From NCBI RefSeq assembly GCF_006345805.1, contig NC_043000.1, positions 110,174,001-110,238,000 of the forward strand: DNA of 64,000 bases, given 5' to 3'. The position numbers and the translations under genes were made by a program. The number at the start of each line of letters is the position of its first letter. Position 1 is the first letter of the stretch. The stretch is from Octopus sinensis (taxonomy: Eukaryota). The notes beneath the pieces are model-generated. The model worked only from the letters and a program-made list of their open reading frames with translations, ran no database searches and was not told the origin of the DNA. This document shows positions 24,471-38,984 of this stretch, piece by piece.

Positions 24471-25384
24471 AATATTTAGAATGCAATTCAGTAATATTAG
24501 ACGTGTAAGTTGGCACAGACATATTAGATATACAACTTGTCAAATAATTGTAACAGTGGCACAAAGCTAGATATCTTTTGAAGGAGGTGGTTAGTCAATT
24601 AAATTGACCCCAATACGTGAAGAAGGCATGTGGCCTGGTGGTTAGGGTGTTGCGTTCATAATTGCAAAGCTGTGGTTTCAATTCCCAAACTGAATGGCGT
24701 GTTGTGATCTTGAGCAAAACACTTCATTTTGTATTGCTCCCCTTTACTCAAGCAGCTCCATCACATGACTTTTAGAAACACCCTACAACTTTTTGTTTCA
24801 AGGCCACATCCCTTCAATCAAAATTCATAGCTATATTTTGCTTTATTCTGTACAAAGTTCAATATTTCATGTTATCCTAAAGAACATCTTTAAAAGTACG
24901 AGTTAAATTTATTTAGGTCTATTACAAATTTCAATAAGTAAAACTTCCAGATATGAATAAAAGATCATTTTTATAATCCAGGCAACTTTCAAAGACAAAC
25001 ATGGCACAAAATCATCGATCAGTTCAGAATAATCAAGCTGAGGGCTAAGGTTGTGTTCAAAGTCTGGACACATTACCATTTTATTTCTTGAAATTTTCAG
25101 CTAACATTGATAGTTTAATTCTTGTTCAACATCTTAACTAAAGTAAATAGATGACTCATCTATGTACTTTGATCTTAACATAGGGCCCCTCGACCATGGA
25201 AGCTCCTGTGACTGCAAGGGTTTAGCAACAGCCCTGCACTCATATGAGTGTAAATGAGTTAACCCTGTGACACACTGGTTTCCTGTTTAGGGGCAATGTT
25301 GTAACCTCAGTCGTTTACACACCGTGGAAACTAGATAATGGGCCCCAGGAGTCCTAGGACTTAAGACAGTAATATCCAGGGGTT

Positions 25385-25720
25385 GATGATGATGATGATG
25401 ATGATTACTTAACTGGTATTGTATTTTATTGACCCCAAAGGGCAGAAAAGCAAAACTGGATATGGCAGGATGTAAACTCAGAATGTAAACAGTTACGACA
25501 TGTTTTCCTGATGCTCTAATGACTGAGCAGTGGAGAATTGGGGATTGGCAAAATGCATATGAGAAGCTTCTACACAATTTCTGCCAACCAAATTCACTCT
25601 TAAAGTATCGATTGTCCTGGAGCTATAGTAGAAAATACTTGGCCAAGGTGCTTGAAGTGGAACTGAACCAAAAACCATGTGGTTGCAATGCAAGCTGCTG
25701 AACCACACAGCCATATCTGA
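25385..25720 (-). mobile_element. degenerate SINE A fragment plus 5' half of SINE B
   Basis: TTATTGACCCCAAAG..GTAAACTCAGAA; GCTATAGTAGAAAATACTTG..ACCACACAGCCA. Confidence 0.6.
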
Positions 25721-26419
25721 CTCCATCAGAATTTATTTTAAAACAGCACTTTAGCCTTCAACATTTGGCATAAAGATCCCTCTCCCTCCCTCTCTCTCTC
25801 TGAAATGTATTCCAATTCAGTCAAAGACCAGAGTGGCCCTTTTCTTTTCTTACTTTATCTTGTAAGTTACTTGGTGACCTTACTGGTGCCAGTGTCACAC
25901 TGGTTGGTGTTAGGAAGGTGTTAGGAAGGGCATCCAGCCATAGATAGCAGACAATTGGAGCTTGGTGCAGCTCTCCAGCCTTGCCACCTCCTGTCAAACC
26001 ATCCAACCCATACCAATAAGGAAAATAGACATTAAATGATGACGACGATGATGATGAACATGATGATGATTTGGGCCTTTATTGGGCCTTATATGTAGTG
26101 TAAAAGAAAGCGCAAAAGAAGAGGTTAAGAGAGTGGAAAATTTAAATAAGACAATTCTTAAAGGTCAACTTCCTGAAATAATTTGGTAAGACCAACAAGC
26201 AAAGTAATTAACTTTACCCATAACAGATCAAACCAATGAGGGAGCCTCTACAGGCCCTACTGACCTGGGGCTAAACAACGACAAACCAGCAGGGGAGCCT
26301 TAGCATGGTCACTCAACCCTCTAAAAACGGCAACCAAATCTTTCACAAATCACTCAACCATCTTAAAAAATATGAATGCATTAGATGATGTAGTCCAAGA
26401 TAGACTAGCTGATATCTTA

Positions 26420-26640
26420 TCTTTGAATTGTTTCATTCATTTGACTGTGGCCATGCTGGGGCACCACCTTGAAGGGTTTGGTTGAACAAATTGACCCAAG
26501 TATTTATTTTAAGTATGATATTTATTTGATTTGTTTCTTTTTAGCGAACTACTAAGTTACAGGGATGTAAATAAAGCAACACCAGCTGTTAAGCAGTGGT
26601 GGGAGACAAAGACAGACACAAACACAGACACATACACACA
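26420..26640 (-). mobile_element. SINE family B, 3' half
   Basis: TTTGACTGTGGCCATGCTGGGGCACC..CTAAGTTACAGGGATGTAAAT. Confidence 0.7.
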
Positions 26641-26730
26641 CATGCATGCACATACATACACGCACATCTTCATTTGGTGTGATGCTCCCGTTCCATGTTG
26701 GCATGAATTGGACAATTTGACAAGGGTCTA

Positions 26731-27200
26731 ATGGATCCAAGCACTGGTCATCAAATCTAAGTAGAGATTTCAAACTTAAAATCTTCAAAGCCACAGTAGA
26801 ACCAATTCTACTACATGGCTCAGAAACCTGGACATTATCAAAGAAGCTTGAGAGGCGGTTGGATGGAACTTACACTCGCCTCAAAATCTCTCGTGGAAGT
26901 GTCATCCAACCACAGTACAAATATATGGGAAATTACCACCTGTATCATCTCTTGTGAAAAGTAGAAGAGTCCAGTTTGCTGGACATTGTTGCAGAGCTGA
27001 AAACGAGGTAATTTCTACTCTTCTCCTCTGGAAGCCATCTACTCGCGATACCAGAGGGCACAAACTCTCCTACTCTGATGTAATCTTCAGGGATACAAGC
27101 ATCCAGCAACAGGACCTCCGTAATGCTATGATGGACTGTGAGGTCTGGCGTAACATAGTAAATTCCATTGTCTCGACCACAGTTGAACAATGATGATGAT
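26731..27200 (+). pseudogene. second RTE-type LINE family, ORF C-terminus with (TGA)n tail
   Basis: FKATVEPILLHGSETWTLSKKLERRLDGTYTR..RRVQFAGHC..WRNIVNSIVSTTVEQ* then TGATGATGAT. Confidence 0.85.
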
Positions 27201-27419
27201 GTGTCTCCTTTGGTATGGTGTCTCCACTGTTTACTGTCAGCGGCCCATCCTAACACCAACTGCTTTATCGTGTGTGTTGGGTCCTTTTTTCATAGCACCA
27301 GCACCAGTGAGGTTGCCATGTAGCTTGCAAGCCTTTAAAACCTAACAGTGACACACAAGTATTTTATGAATAAACACCTAAATATCATGTTTTGGTTACA
27401 GGTAAATGCTAAGCATCTC

Positions 27420-27770
27420 TTTTAATCTTTTACTTGTTTCAGTCATTGGACTGTGGCCATGCTAGGGCAGGGTTTTGTCAAACAAATTGACACAGTACTT
27501 GTTTTTTTAAGTTTGGTACTTATTATATCGGTCACTTTTGCTGAACCACTAAGTTATGGGCACACAAACAAACCAACACTGTTTGTCAAACAATAAGAAA
27601 CACACACACAATGGGCTTCTTTCTGTTTCCATCTATCTAATTCCCTCACAAGGCATAGACTGGCTTGGGGTTATAGTAGAAGACACTAGCCAAAGGTGCT
27701 ACAATATGGGACTGAATCTGAAACGACATGGTTGCAAAGCAAATTTCTTAACCCCACGGCCATGCTGGGG
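27420..27770 (-). mobile_element. SINE family B (degenerate)
   Basis: CTTTTACTTGTTTCAGTCATTGGACTGTGGCCATGC..GGACTGAATCTGAAACGACATGG. Confidence 0.75.
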
Positions 27771-28334
27771 CATATACAAAAAAATATACAAAAAAAGGAT
27801 AGCCATTGTTTTTATAATTTTTCAGTTTTTGTTTCTACAAATCCCTTGAATAATAAGTTCTCCACATTTATAAACCTAACTAGCAGAATTTTTCAGTATT
27901 TGCGATTAACCCAACATACATGTTAATTAAGCAAACAGCATCATCACCATCATCACCATCACCACAGAAACAGATACACAAGAGGTGGCTTGTGGCCAAG
28001 GATTCCACTGAAAAACTAGACATCAATAAATACAAAAATTAACTACTCACACACACACACAAACACATTGGTACATACATTAATACACAAACACACATTG
28101 GCACACACACACTAACACTTACATACACAACCACCACCCACACACACACACACTAATACACATGCAAACATACAGAAACACGCACTAACACTCACACACA
28201 CAACCCCCCACCCACACACTAATACACATGCAAACAAACACACAGAAACACGCACTAACACTCACATACATTAAGACACACACACATCCACAATAACACT
28301 CACACACACTATTACATATGCAAACACACACACA

Positions 28335-28690
28335 CTCTAAAACTACCCTACATATTGACACACACTAATATTCACACTCACACACACACACACTAACACA
28401 AACTATTACAGATGCAAACACACACACACACACACTCTAAAACTACCCTACGCATTGACACACACTGATATTCACACTCACACACACACACTATTACAGA
28501 TGCAAACAGATACACACACACTCTAAAACTACCCTACATATTGACACACACTAATATTCACACTCACACACACACACTAACACACACTATTACAGATGCA
28601 AACACACACACACACACTCTAAAACTACCCTACGCATTGACACACACTGATATTCACATATGCACACACACTAATATTCACATATACAAA
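28335..28690. repeat. CA-rich minisatellite with A-B-A-B higher-order structure
   Basis: CTCTAAAACTACCCTA at 28335, 28435, 28521, 28617; alternating CATATTG/CTAATATTC and CGCATTG/CTGATATTC. Confidence 0.9.
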
Positions 28691-28903
28691 CATACATGAA
28701 CAAACACACACTGATACACTGCCACAGCTACAGAGATACACAGACAAAGAATCATTCCCTGGTCTCAGTCAAGTATAAAATGGACCAATGAGAAGGAAGG
28801 GATTCAAACTGAGTCTGTTTGGAGAGAAGAGAAGAGAAGAGAGAAGAAGGTGAGGTAGAGCAAGTCTATTTCTCCATGAAACATTGCTAGACATACGAAC
28901 AAT

Positions 28904-28944
28904 ATGGCTTCTAGGCACCATCACCAAAGAAGGAGGAATACCAG
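28904..28944 (+). CDS. candidate first coding exon MASRHHHQRRRNT(R/S), product unknown
   Basis: TATAAAA at about 28774, ATG 28904, AG|GTGAGC donor 28944/28945. Confidence 0.2.
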
Positions 28945-29269
28945 GTGAGCGAGAGAGAGAAATAAACTGCTTGAATCAGAAAAGCCATTCTTTTGCAGGA
29001 ATCAAAGAGAGATAATGTTAATGACTTCTGTTAGAATTACTCACAGCCATTAACAGCAGCAGAAACAAATTAAAATGGAGAAAACTGGGATTCTTTTTTT
29101 TTGCCACTCCCCCCCTTCACTTTGTGTCTCTTTCTTTTTTTCTTTGGTTGTTATTAACTCTTTCCTCTTGGAAATTCATCTTCCAAATCGTTTAAAGAAA
29201 TTCTAATAATTAAGGTTAGCATTAAGATTTTGAAACCAAACTTTATATGTATAACCCTGTGTGTATGTA

Positions 29270-29318
<49 letters not shown>

Positions 29319-29326
29319 CAAATAAG

Positions 29327-29992
29327 ATTGAGCAGGGCCACTTACCTGAGGGGGTGTGTGATGAGTTTGCCTTCTTACTTACTTGAACTTTGGTCTTTGC
29401 TACATTGACTCTAAGGCCTTTTGATTCTAAACCTTGCTTCCACACTCGAAATTTCTTTTCTAGTTTTGGTAGTGATTCTGCTATGGGGGCCAGGTTATCA
29501 GCATAGAGGAGCTCCCAGGGGCAACCTGTCTTGAATTAGCTGTTATTGCCTGGAGGACTATGATGAATAAAAGGGGACTGAGGGCTGAACCTTGGTGGAC
29601 CCCTACTTCAACCCAGAATTTTTCACTACACTCATTGCCAATCCTAACCTTACTAACGGCCTCTCTGTATAGGGCCTGTACAGCCCTTATTAAGCATTCA
29701 TCAATCTCTAGTTTCTGCATTGCCCACCAGATAAGGGATCAGAGGACCCTGTCAAAGGCTAAGTATAGGGGTTTATCTTTAGCTAGGTATTTCTGCAGTT
29801 GTCAAACCAGGAATATGGCATCAGTAGTGCTTCTACCCAGCACAAAACCAAACTGCATCTCATCTAAGCAGACTATCTCCCTAATGAGATGGGCTATGAC
29901 CCTCCCCGTGACCTTCATCACCTGATCCAGCAGTTTGGTACCCCTGTAGTTATTTCTATCTAGAACATCACCTTTACCCTTGTAGCAGTTGA
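29327..29992 (-). pseudogene. RTE-clade RT fragment (same family as 15982)
   Basis: KGKGDVLDRNNYRG..QFGFVLGRSTTDAIF..VHQGSALSPLLF..WKQGLESKGLRVNVAKTKV..WPCSI; frameshifts. Confidence 0.9.
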
Positions 29993-30809
29993 CTATATAT
30001 ATGTATAAAAGACATAAAGGGTTTCTTTCAGTTTCCATCCAGCAAATCCACTCTCAAGGCTTTCATCAAATTGATGCTACAGTAGAAAGCACTTGCCCAA
30101 GGTGCCACTCAGTGGGACTGACCCTGGAAAAATCTGCTTGCACACATGCAAACACACACACACACACACACAATTAAATCCCAATTGTTGAAGAATTTTG
30201 CAGGCCATGTGTATACTCGCAGAGAATTTATTTGGTTCTTCACAGAAACAAAACTGAGAAATGATGAAAGCAATGGGTGACAGGAAGGTGGGGGATATAT
30301 TCTCGTAGATCTACTTGTAACCAAATACTGGTATTTAGACATATATTTATAAATACTAGTGTAACCGTATATCTATATTACCATCCACAGACTAAGCAAT
30401 ATACATAAACACATTCTGTGGACACTGACCTACATGCTCTGCCTGATCTGTTGTCTATTTTCATAACTGCTCCTGTCAGCATTTTTCTTCATCTCTGACC
30501 AAAAATTGCAAAAGACTGTAAGAATATTTAACCAACACATTCTTTACAAATTTGATCAAAAGGTCAGAAGTGCTGGAGTCATGCAGACAGTTGTATCAAT
30601 ATTATCAAAGAATTTTCAACTGGTTACATTATTGTATTTGATGGCGTAAAAGACACATTCTAATTTCAGCAATTAAAGCTCATGGAAAGCCCAACTATGC
30701 ATAAAGGACCCAGGGTGACTTTTTTGAAACATTTTTTGGAAAAATGTGTGCCTTATATGGCTTTCCACATCATGTATTTGTCATACTTTGACAGGTATCC
30801 TCATCCACA

Positions 30810-31000
30810 TGATCATTATTTAAAGTCCGTTTTCCTTGCTTGCATACGTTGGATGGTTTGGCATGAGTTGACAAGCCAGGGGATTGCACCAAGCTCTACT
30901 GTCAGTTTTGGCATGGTTTTTACAGCTGGATGCCCTTCCTAATGCCAACCACTTTACAGAATGGACTGAGAGCTTTTTATGGGGCACCAGCATCGGCAAA
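30810..31000 (-). mobile_element. RTE 3'-UTR copy
   Basis: TACAGCTGGATGCCCTTCCTAATGCCAACCAC core. Confidence 0.75.
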
Positions 31001-31824
31001 GTCTGCTTATTCATATATGATAAAAAAAAAAAAATTAAGTTATTTATCAACACGAAAACTTTATTAACCATAGTCATATTCTAACTTTTATGTGTTCTAT
31101 ACATATGATACTGAAGACATGAAAATATCATGTGATTTTGTATGTAAATAGATGTAAATGTCAAGTGTTACAATTGACCAAATAAATGCTTGATACATTT
31201 GTAATGAGTTTTGCAGCAGTCAATCAAATTTTAATTCATCAAATTTTTATTTGTTCATGAATATTTTTGCCTTTATATTCTTTTGCATCTGGCTGACGTT
31301 AATCATTTGAATAACTAAAAACAAGGAACTCAGCATAGTGATTTCCCAACTGCATAGCTTTGGGTTCAATTCCATTGCATGACACATTGGGCCAGTGATC
31401 TCTACTTCAACTCCAGGCCAATCAAAGCCTTGTGAGTGAAACTGGCAGACGGAAACTACATGGAAGTCCATTGCACACACACACGCGCGCATGCACACGT
31501 GTGTGAATCGTGTGCATGTATGTGTGTGTGTATGTGTATGTATGTGTATGTGTCTTACTATCTCCTTTCGTTGATTTTGCATGATAATTGCAAATGATCG
31601 TTACCAATCCTGTAATTAGTGTCATTAATTTCCAACATTCTATAGAAATATATCTTGTGATGGGGAAATAATCATCTTGCTTGGAAATAGGTGAGGGTTA
31701 GCGGCAGGACGGGCATTCAACCATAGAAAATCTGCTTCAAGAAATCGTATTTGACCCATGCAAGAACGGAAAAGTGGACATTAGGACAATGATGATGATA
31801 AAACAATATCTTTCATGTTCTATC

Positions 31825-32395
31825 TTTTACTTGTTTCAGTCATTAGACTGTGGCCATGCTGGGGCACTGTTCTGAAGAATTTTAATCGAATGCACTGACC
31901 CCAGGTCTTATATTCATTTTAAACTTGGTGCATTGTTTATTGGTTTATTTTGCCAAACTGCTAACTTACAGGGACATAAATAGACACAAAGACACACACA
32001 CATGACAGGCTTCTTTCAGTTTCCTATTTATTGCCCACAAGGGGCTAAACATAGAAGGGACAAACAAGGACAGACAAACGGATTAAGTTGATTATATCGA
32101 CCCCAGTGCATAACTGGTACTTATTTAATCGACCCCGAAAGGATGAAAGGCAAAGTCAGCCTCGGCGGAATTTGAATTCAGAACGTAACGGCAGATGAAA
32201 TACTGCTAAACATTTCACCCGGCGTGTTAACGTTTCTGCTTCTTTCAGTTTCTGTCTATCAAATCCACTGACAAGGCTTTTGGTTGCCCCAAGGCAAGTG
32301 TAGAAGACACTTGCCCAAGGTATGTCACCCACTGGGACTGAACCTGGAAACATACAGTTGGGAAGAAAACTTTTTACCACACAGCCATGCCTGCA
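31825..32395 (-). mobile_element. SINE B containing a nested SINE A (32024-32237)
   Basis: 15-bp TSD GCTTCTTTCAGTTTC at 32009-32023 and 32238-32252. Confidence 0.85.
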
Positions 32396-32434
32396 CCTAT
32401 ACATATATGTATATTTGTATAAAACTGAGGTTAT

Positions 32435-32652
32435 AATAGTCTTTTCTACTAAAGGCTCAAGGCCTGAAATATGGGGAAGGTGGATAGTCGATTACATCAA
32501 CCCCAGTGCATGACTGGTACTTATTTCATCGACCCTGAAAGGATGAAAGCAAAGTCAACCTCAGTGGATTTTGAACTCAGAACATAGCAATGGGTGAAAT
32601 ACCATTAAGCATTTCATCCAGCATGCTAACGATTCTGCCAGTTCGCCACTTT
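32435..32652 (-). mobile_element. SINE family A variant (alternative tail)
   Basis: Family A head and core, with tail ..CCTTGAGCCTTTAGTAGAAAAG; similar degenerate copies at 33230-33420 and 37200-37400. Confidence 0.75.
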
Positions 32653-32728
32653 ATTGAGGTTATATTATTGGTCCAGGAAAGGATATCTTTGAGAGCCTTT
32701 GATGATGATAACAGAATTTAATTAAAAA

Positions 32729-33118
32729 CTTTCAGTATTGCCCGGCATTGCTCAGGTTTGTTTCGACCCTTTAGAATTGGAATTTTTGAAAAGTAAAAAT
32801 TTTTCATTATGTAGCTTGTTATTCTCTTTAATTGAACATTTTTCTGGTTGAAATACATCGAAAAATGGTGACACAGCAGTTAAAAAAATCGTAAAAATAG
32901 GTATTTTCATAGAAAAAAAGCACGTTTTTGATGTAAATAATTTTTGGTGTTAACATGGTCCGAATTTAATTTTTCTTCTATGGAAGGAAGAGCAGCCTTC
33001 TTCTATCATACTCTCAATTTTGGTCAACTTGCACCGCAGGGTCTCGGAGGAGATAGTGTTAGTTGAAGGCTACCAAACCTGCCATACACGGACAACTTCA
33101 GCTTTATATATATAGAGA
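32729..33118 (-). mobile_element. non-autonomous Helitron (same family as 43872)
   Basis: A|TCTCTATATATATAAAGCTG start; 3' hairpin CCTGAGCAATGCCGGG; CTAG degraded. Confidence 0.75.
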
Positions 33119-33420
33119 TTAGAGAAAAATTCCAAGCCTGGAACCGTGATATAAAGCACAAACATTTGCAGGTGAATATGGCAGAAAACAAATGGTCTGT
33201 TAATATAAGGTTTCAAATTTTGTGCACAATGCCAACCATTTTGAGTGGAGGGAGAAATCAATTACACTGCCCCTAGTATTTGACTGGACTTTGTATTATC
33301 AGCCCTGAAAGGATGAGGGGCAAAGTGGACCTCAGTGGACATTTAACTCAAAATGCAAAGAGTTGGAAGAAATGCCATTTTGGCCAAGGTTCTTATGATT
33401 CTGCCAGGTCACCACCTTAA

Positions 33421-33641
33421 CCCTTTCGTTACCAACCTGGCTGAAACCGGCTCTGGCTCTGTTGTACAAACGTCTTGCTTTCTTAAGTGTTGAATTAAAA
33501 TCTTCCACCAAACCATAGTCATAATTTATGTTCCTAACACTAGCTGAATGATAACTAAGTTATTTTACTAAATTCTTTGTTATATTTAAAGTAATTGAAA
33601 GAAACAGAGAGCATCTCAAAATAAATACAGTAACGAAAGGG
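33421..33641. mobile_element. piggyBac-type MITE
   Basis: TTAA|CCCTTTCGTTAC ... GTAACGAAAGGG|TTAA: 12-bp TIR with TTAA TSD. Confidence 0.9.
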
Positions 33642-33849
33642 TTAAATGAGTTTGTTAATAATAAAAAGCACGTCTGAGGTCATTTGGGAAGTTAGGGTTA
33701 CTGAACATGTAGGAAGGAAACATGTTGGAACTGAATACCATTTACAGAATGGGGAAAACAGTAAATCAAGAGATGATACATCAGGAAACATTGTCAGAAA
33801 ACTTAGAGAACAAAAACTTCAGATGTCGAGACGTAATTGGCTGTAACTT

Positions 33850-34290
33850 TAACTTGTTTCAGTCACTGGACTGTGGCCATGCTGGGGAACCGCTTTCAAG
33901 AGTTTTAGTTGAATGGATCAACCATCCCCCCTCGAACTTACTTTCAAGTCTTGTACTAATCATATAGGTCTCTCTTGCCAAACCTCTAAGTTACAGGGGC
34001 ATAAACAAACTAACTCTGGTCGTCAAGCAGTGGTGGGAGTGGGGACAAGACAGACACACACGCATACACATGTACATGATGGTGGGGACGAGACAGACAG
34101 ACCCCCCCACACACACACGTACATGACAAGTTTCTGCAGTTCCTTTCTACCAAATTCAGTCACAAGGCATTGGTCAGCCCTAGTCTATAGTAGGATATAC
34201 TTGCTCAAAGTACTGCATGGAGGGACTGAACCTGAAAACCCCATGGTTGTAAAACAAGCTTCTTAACCACACAGTTGGGCCTGTGCCTGT
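33850..34290 (-). mobile_element. SINE family B (degenerate)
   Basis: Colinear head and tail motifs. Confidence 0.75.
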
Positions 34291-34979
34291 AGAAGCATCC
34301 TTAAGATGGCTCCCTAGACATAACTGAAAGGAGATGGCTGTAATGGAAATAAATTAGAGAAAAGAATTTGTGGAAGAAGTTTTAGAGAACTGCAGCAGGG
34401 ATATTGGCAGAGTTCCAAACACCAACTCACTGCCTGGGAATTGAACCTGAATCCCTGCATTCAGACATAAACAAGATTCTGTCAAGGACTGATGGGCATC
34501 AGCAAATGACGAACCCATCCAAGTCTCCGATAAATACCCTCTTCTTGTGCAAAGAGTTAACTGTATCAGGTATGTCTGAAATATGTGACAATGCAGGGTC
34601 GATAAGATGTGGAGTATAAAATATGGAAGTTACGTGAGGGGAGGCCAAAGGGGAAAAAAACCAATCTCATGATGTGCCATGTGAGTCACATTAGCCTCAG
34701 AAGAGCTTGGAGTGTTGATGAGAAGCTGGAAAGTATGCCAAAGGTGAGGGTATGAAAGTGTTGGAGCCTAGGTGGGTGCAGGTGACTTGGATTCATCATC
34801 ATCATTTTCCATGTTGCCATGTGTTGGATGGTTTGATAGGGTCACCTTATTTGGAAACAGGTGAGGGCTTGTGACAGGAAGGGCATTTGGCTATAGAAAA
34901 ACTACCTCATCACCTTCCGTCTGAACCACGTGAACATGGAAAAGCAAGTGCTGATGGGACTTTGAAGTCACATTCTTTA

Positions 34980-35280
34980 ATTCTTTTACTTGTTTCAGTC
35001 TGTGGCCATGCTAGAGCACCGCCTTGTTGAAAAAATCAACCCCAGGACTTATTCTTTGTAAGCCTAGAATTTATTCTATCAGTCTCTTTTGCTGAACTGT
35101 CAAGCAATGGCAGGAGGACAGACACACAAATATATACATACATACATACATACACATATATATGACAGGCTTCTTCCAGTTTCCGTCTACCAAATCCACT
35201 TGTCCAAGGTGCCATGCAATGGGGCTGAACCCGGAACCATGTAATTGGAAAGCAAGCTTCATACCACACAGCCACACCTG
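34980..35280 (-). mobile_element. SINE family B (internal deletions)
   Basis: Tail CTTTTACTTGTTTCAGTC to head ACCACACAGCCAC. Confidence 0.8.
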
Positions 35281-35574
35281 TAACATCAATTTAATTTTTT
35301 ATAATACCGAAAAAAAAAAAATTATAGAAATGAACAAAGAATGAAAGAATTTCATTAAAATAAAACTGTTAATTCTATCTGCAATAATTCAATAAATAAT
35401 TTACAAATTGCACACCAAGAAAATGGAGAAAAAATTGTTTCTTCACTAAATTATTATAAATACAATTAATAGTTGGAAATTAAAAAGGTTTCTTCTTTTT
35501 ACTGTTTTTGGAAATTGCTTATTTTAATTTACTTTTTCTTTTCAAAGTTTAGAAATAAAAATGCATCATTGTCC

Positions 35575-35992
35575 TGTGCCCGCGGCACGTAAAAAGCATC
35601 ATCCGAATGTGGCTGATGCCAGCTCTGCTTTGACTGGCTTCTGTGCCGCTAGCACATGACCTGCTGTGCTTGAGGAGACCTACTGAGTCAAGTACATCAA
35701 CATCAAAATAAATATCAAATGGAAATTGTAGTTGTGATACCTGTGCCGGTGGCACGTAAAAAGCACCAACTGATCGTGGATGCTCCCAGCCTGCCCTGGC
35801 ACCAGTGCCAGTGACAAGTAAAAAGCACCCACTACACTCACGGAGTGGTTGGCGTTAGGAAGGGTCTCCAGCTGTAGAAACACTGCCAGATCAGACTGGA
35901 GCGTGGTGCAGCCTCCTGGCTTCCCAAACCCCGGTCGAACCGTCCAACCTGTGCTAGCACGGAAAACGGACGTTAAACGATGATGATGATGA
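35575..35992 (+). mobile_element. RTE 3'-UTR copy
   Basis: GTGCCGGTGGCACGTAAAAAGCACC units, core, (GAT)n tail. Confidence 0.85.
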
Positions 35993-36339
35993 CGTTCTAA
36001 TTTTTATTTTTGAAATTTGCATTTTATTTATTTATTTTTTATTTATAAAAGAAAAGAAAAAAAAGAGACCTGAAAAGAAGCCCAATATTTTTAGGCTGGA
36101 AGCTGGTTCAAGGTTAACAGCTCATAAGCCTAGGACAATCAAGAAGAGGCAGGATACATCTTGCTGCAGACAGAAACACCTACAATGTTGTTGTTCAATA
36201 AATATCTTGAAAGAAATAGCGATTTTCTAACAGAAAACAAAGGAGACGTAAAAATAGAAACTTGACAAATGTCAGTTTGTTTTGAACTAAATGTGTGTGT
36301 GGAAGGTTTGGTAATGCAAACAAGATACAACTCAAACTA

Positions 36340-37045
<706 letters not shown>

Positions 37046-37984
37046 CACACACACACACCACACACACACACACACTCATAGTTTGAGTTCTATCTTGTAT
37101 ATATATATTATTAATAAACGTAAAAGATGCTGAGGTAACCCAAGGGCCGAGCATTTGGTGCATTAATAAATTCTAATACACAAAACTCGAGTTGCTTCGT
37201 AATTTCTGCCGATTAATAATTGTTCCAAATTTTTCCCCAAGGGGAGCCAAATTTGGAGTAGGGGATGAGTCGATTACATCGATTCCAGTGTTCAACTGGT
37301 ACTTATGTTATCGACCTCGGCGGAATTTGAACCCAGAACATAAAGACAGACAAAACGCCACCAAGCATTTGGTCCGGAATGTTAACGATTCAGCGTTAAC
37401 CCACGCGCGTTCACGCACAGAGACGCCAAATTCTGGAGTAAAGCGTATAAAGGGAGATAATGATGCCATTCTCTTCTCCCCGTTTTTTTTGTTTTTTACT
37501 TTTTCAGAGCCAATTAGCGTTTGATTAGAAACATAATACGACGCTTACCAATAATAAAAAAAAGAAATTAATACCTTAAAATATGACAGTTATACATACA
37601 TAAAATCTATCTGATGCAGTGGATAGTATATAAAAATTTAAAAAACCCCACTTAATTAAGAGATAAGCATTTCTGTGTCCCTACCCCAGTGCGATGTTTA
37701 AAAGGGGTGTCCATCGATTTGTGTTATATTTTATTTACTTATTTCTTTTTTTTTAAGCATTTTATCAAGTTTATTTTAGCAAATTGTGTTCTTTTCCAAT
37801 AAATTTGAAATGTATTGTTTTTATACTTAAATCGTTTGATAGTTTTTTTTTTACAATATTTATCATTTCGTTTTATAAACTAGACCAAAGTTAAAATATC
37901 GATGGAAACAGAGATAATCCAACAGATATACTCTCTCTCTTTATTTTTTGAATAGTCTTTTATTGCATTACGTATAAGCGTCAT

Positions 37985-38198
37985 CCCATTTGATACCAAC
38001 CCACCTGAGTCGGCCCTCTGGTTCTACGATACAAATTTATTGTTTTTAAGTCATCTAAATTAAAACTGTCCATCAAAATTCATCTCTTTGGATACCAGAT
38101 TAGCAACGACAAAGTTATTTGACTAAATTCTTCATTATTCTCAAAATTAATTGAGACAAAGGCTGCGTATTTCAACAGAAATACGGCGACAAAAGGGT
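37985..38198. mobile_element. piggyBac-type MITE (degenerate left end)
   Basis: CCCATTTGATACC ... GGCGACAAAAGGG|TTAA; internal similarity to 33421-33641. Confidence 0.6.
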
Positions 38199-38447
38199 TA
38201 AAATGGTGTGAAGTTGATACGAAAAAAGACCCCCCTCCTCCAAAAAAATGTTGTTTAGAAACCCTACGACTCTCTAATGATTAATCTGTCAATCAAAGAA
38301 TATTTTTGAAGAAGCAAATTCATATGAAACCAATAGAAATTGAGCTTCGATAAATATTGAACGTAGAAAAATCTATTTCCACGGTAAATAGTTCGTCTGT
38401 GATCTGTTGCTGAATCCTAAGTAAAATCTTATTGAAATAGGACTCAC

Positions 38448-38501
38448 ATGTAAGGGGCCGGCGTCGGTTCCATCAATGCACAGACATTCTGGAGACTGCA
38501 T
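38448..38501 (-). CDS. candidate coding exon MQSPECLCIDGTDAGPLH, product unknown
   Basis: ATG after in-frame TAG, 54 nt, strong CAT|GTGAGT donor, locally CpG-rich unique DNA. Confidence 0.25.
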
Positions 38502-38984
38502 CTAAAATCAGGTCATTTTTACAGCTTATGAATATTTCACTTACCAATATTGTTACCACCGACCAAACACCGATTCACGAACGTCCTTTCCTCTGTTCGC
38601 TTCTCACGTCTCGGCTGCAATGTCCTCGGCTCTTTTGAACTCCTTCACCGCATAACCTCTCCTCTTCTTCCCCTTCAGTCACAACGTCTTCTTGTCGTAT
38701 TTAACCGTGTCTCACCTCCTTGAATCTGCCTAAAACACTTCAGCAACATGTTTCTATCCAGAAATGGAAAGCAACATTTTGGGGAAGTATGTTTATTTAT
38801 GTCTACACCCCTGCACACACAACCTGTCCCCGACGAATCTCTCCCCCACAACTTATTTTCCTAACCCACCTCCTTCCTCCACCCGTATTCACTATTCACC
38901 GAATTCCCGTCCCCTCTATCACCCACTCCCTCCTTGCGCACCACCGTCTTACCCACCCAGTCATCTTGTTCAGTCCTCTCTACC

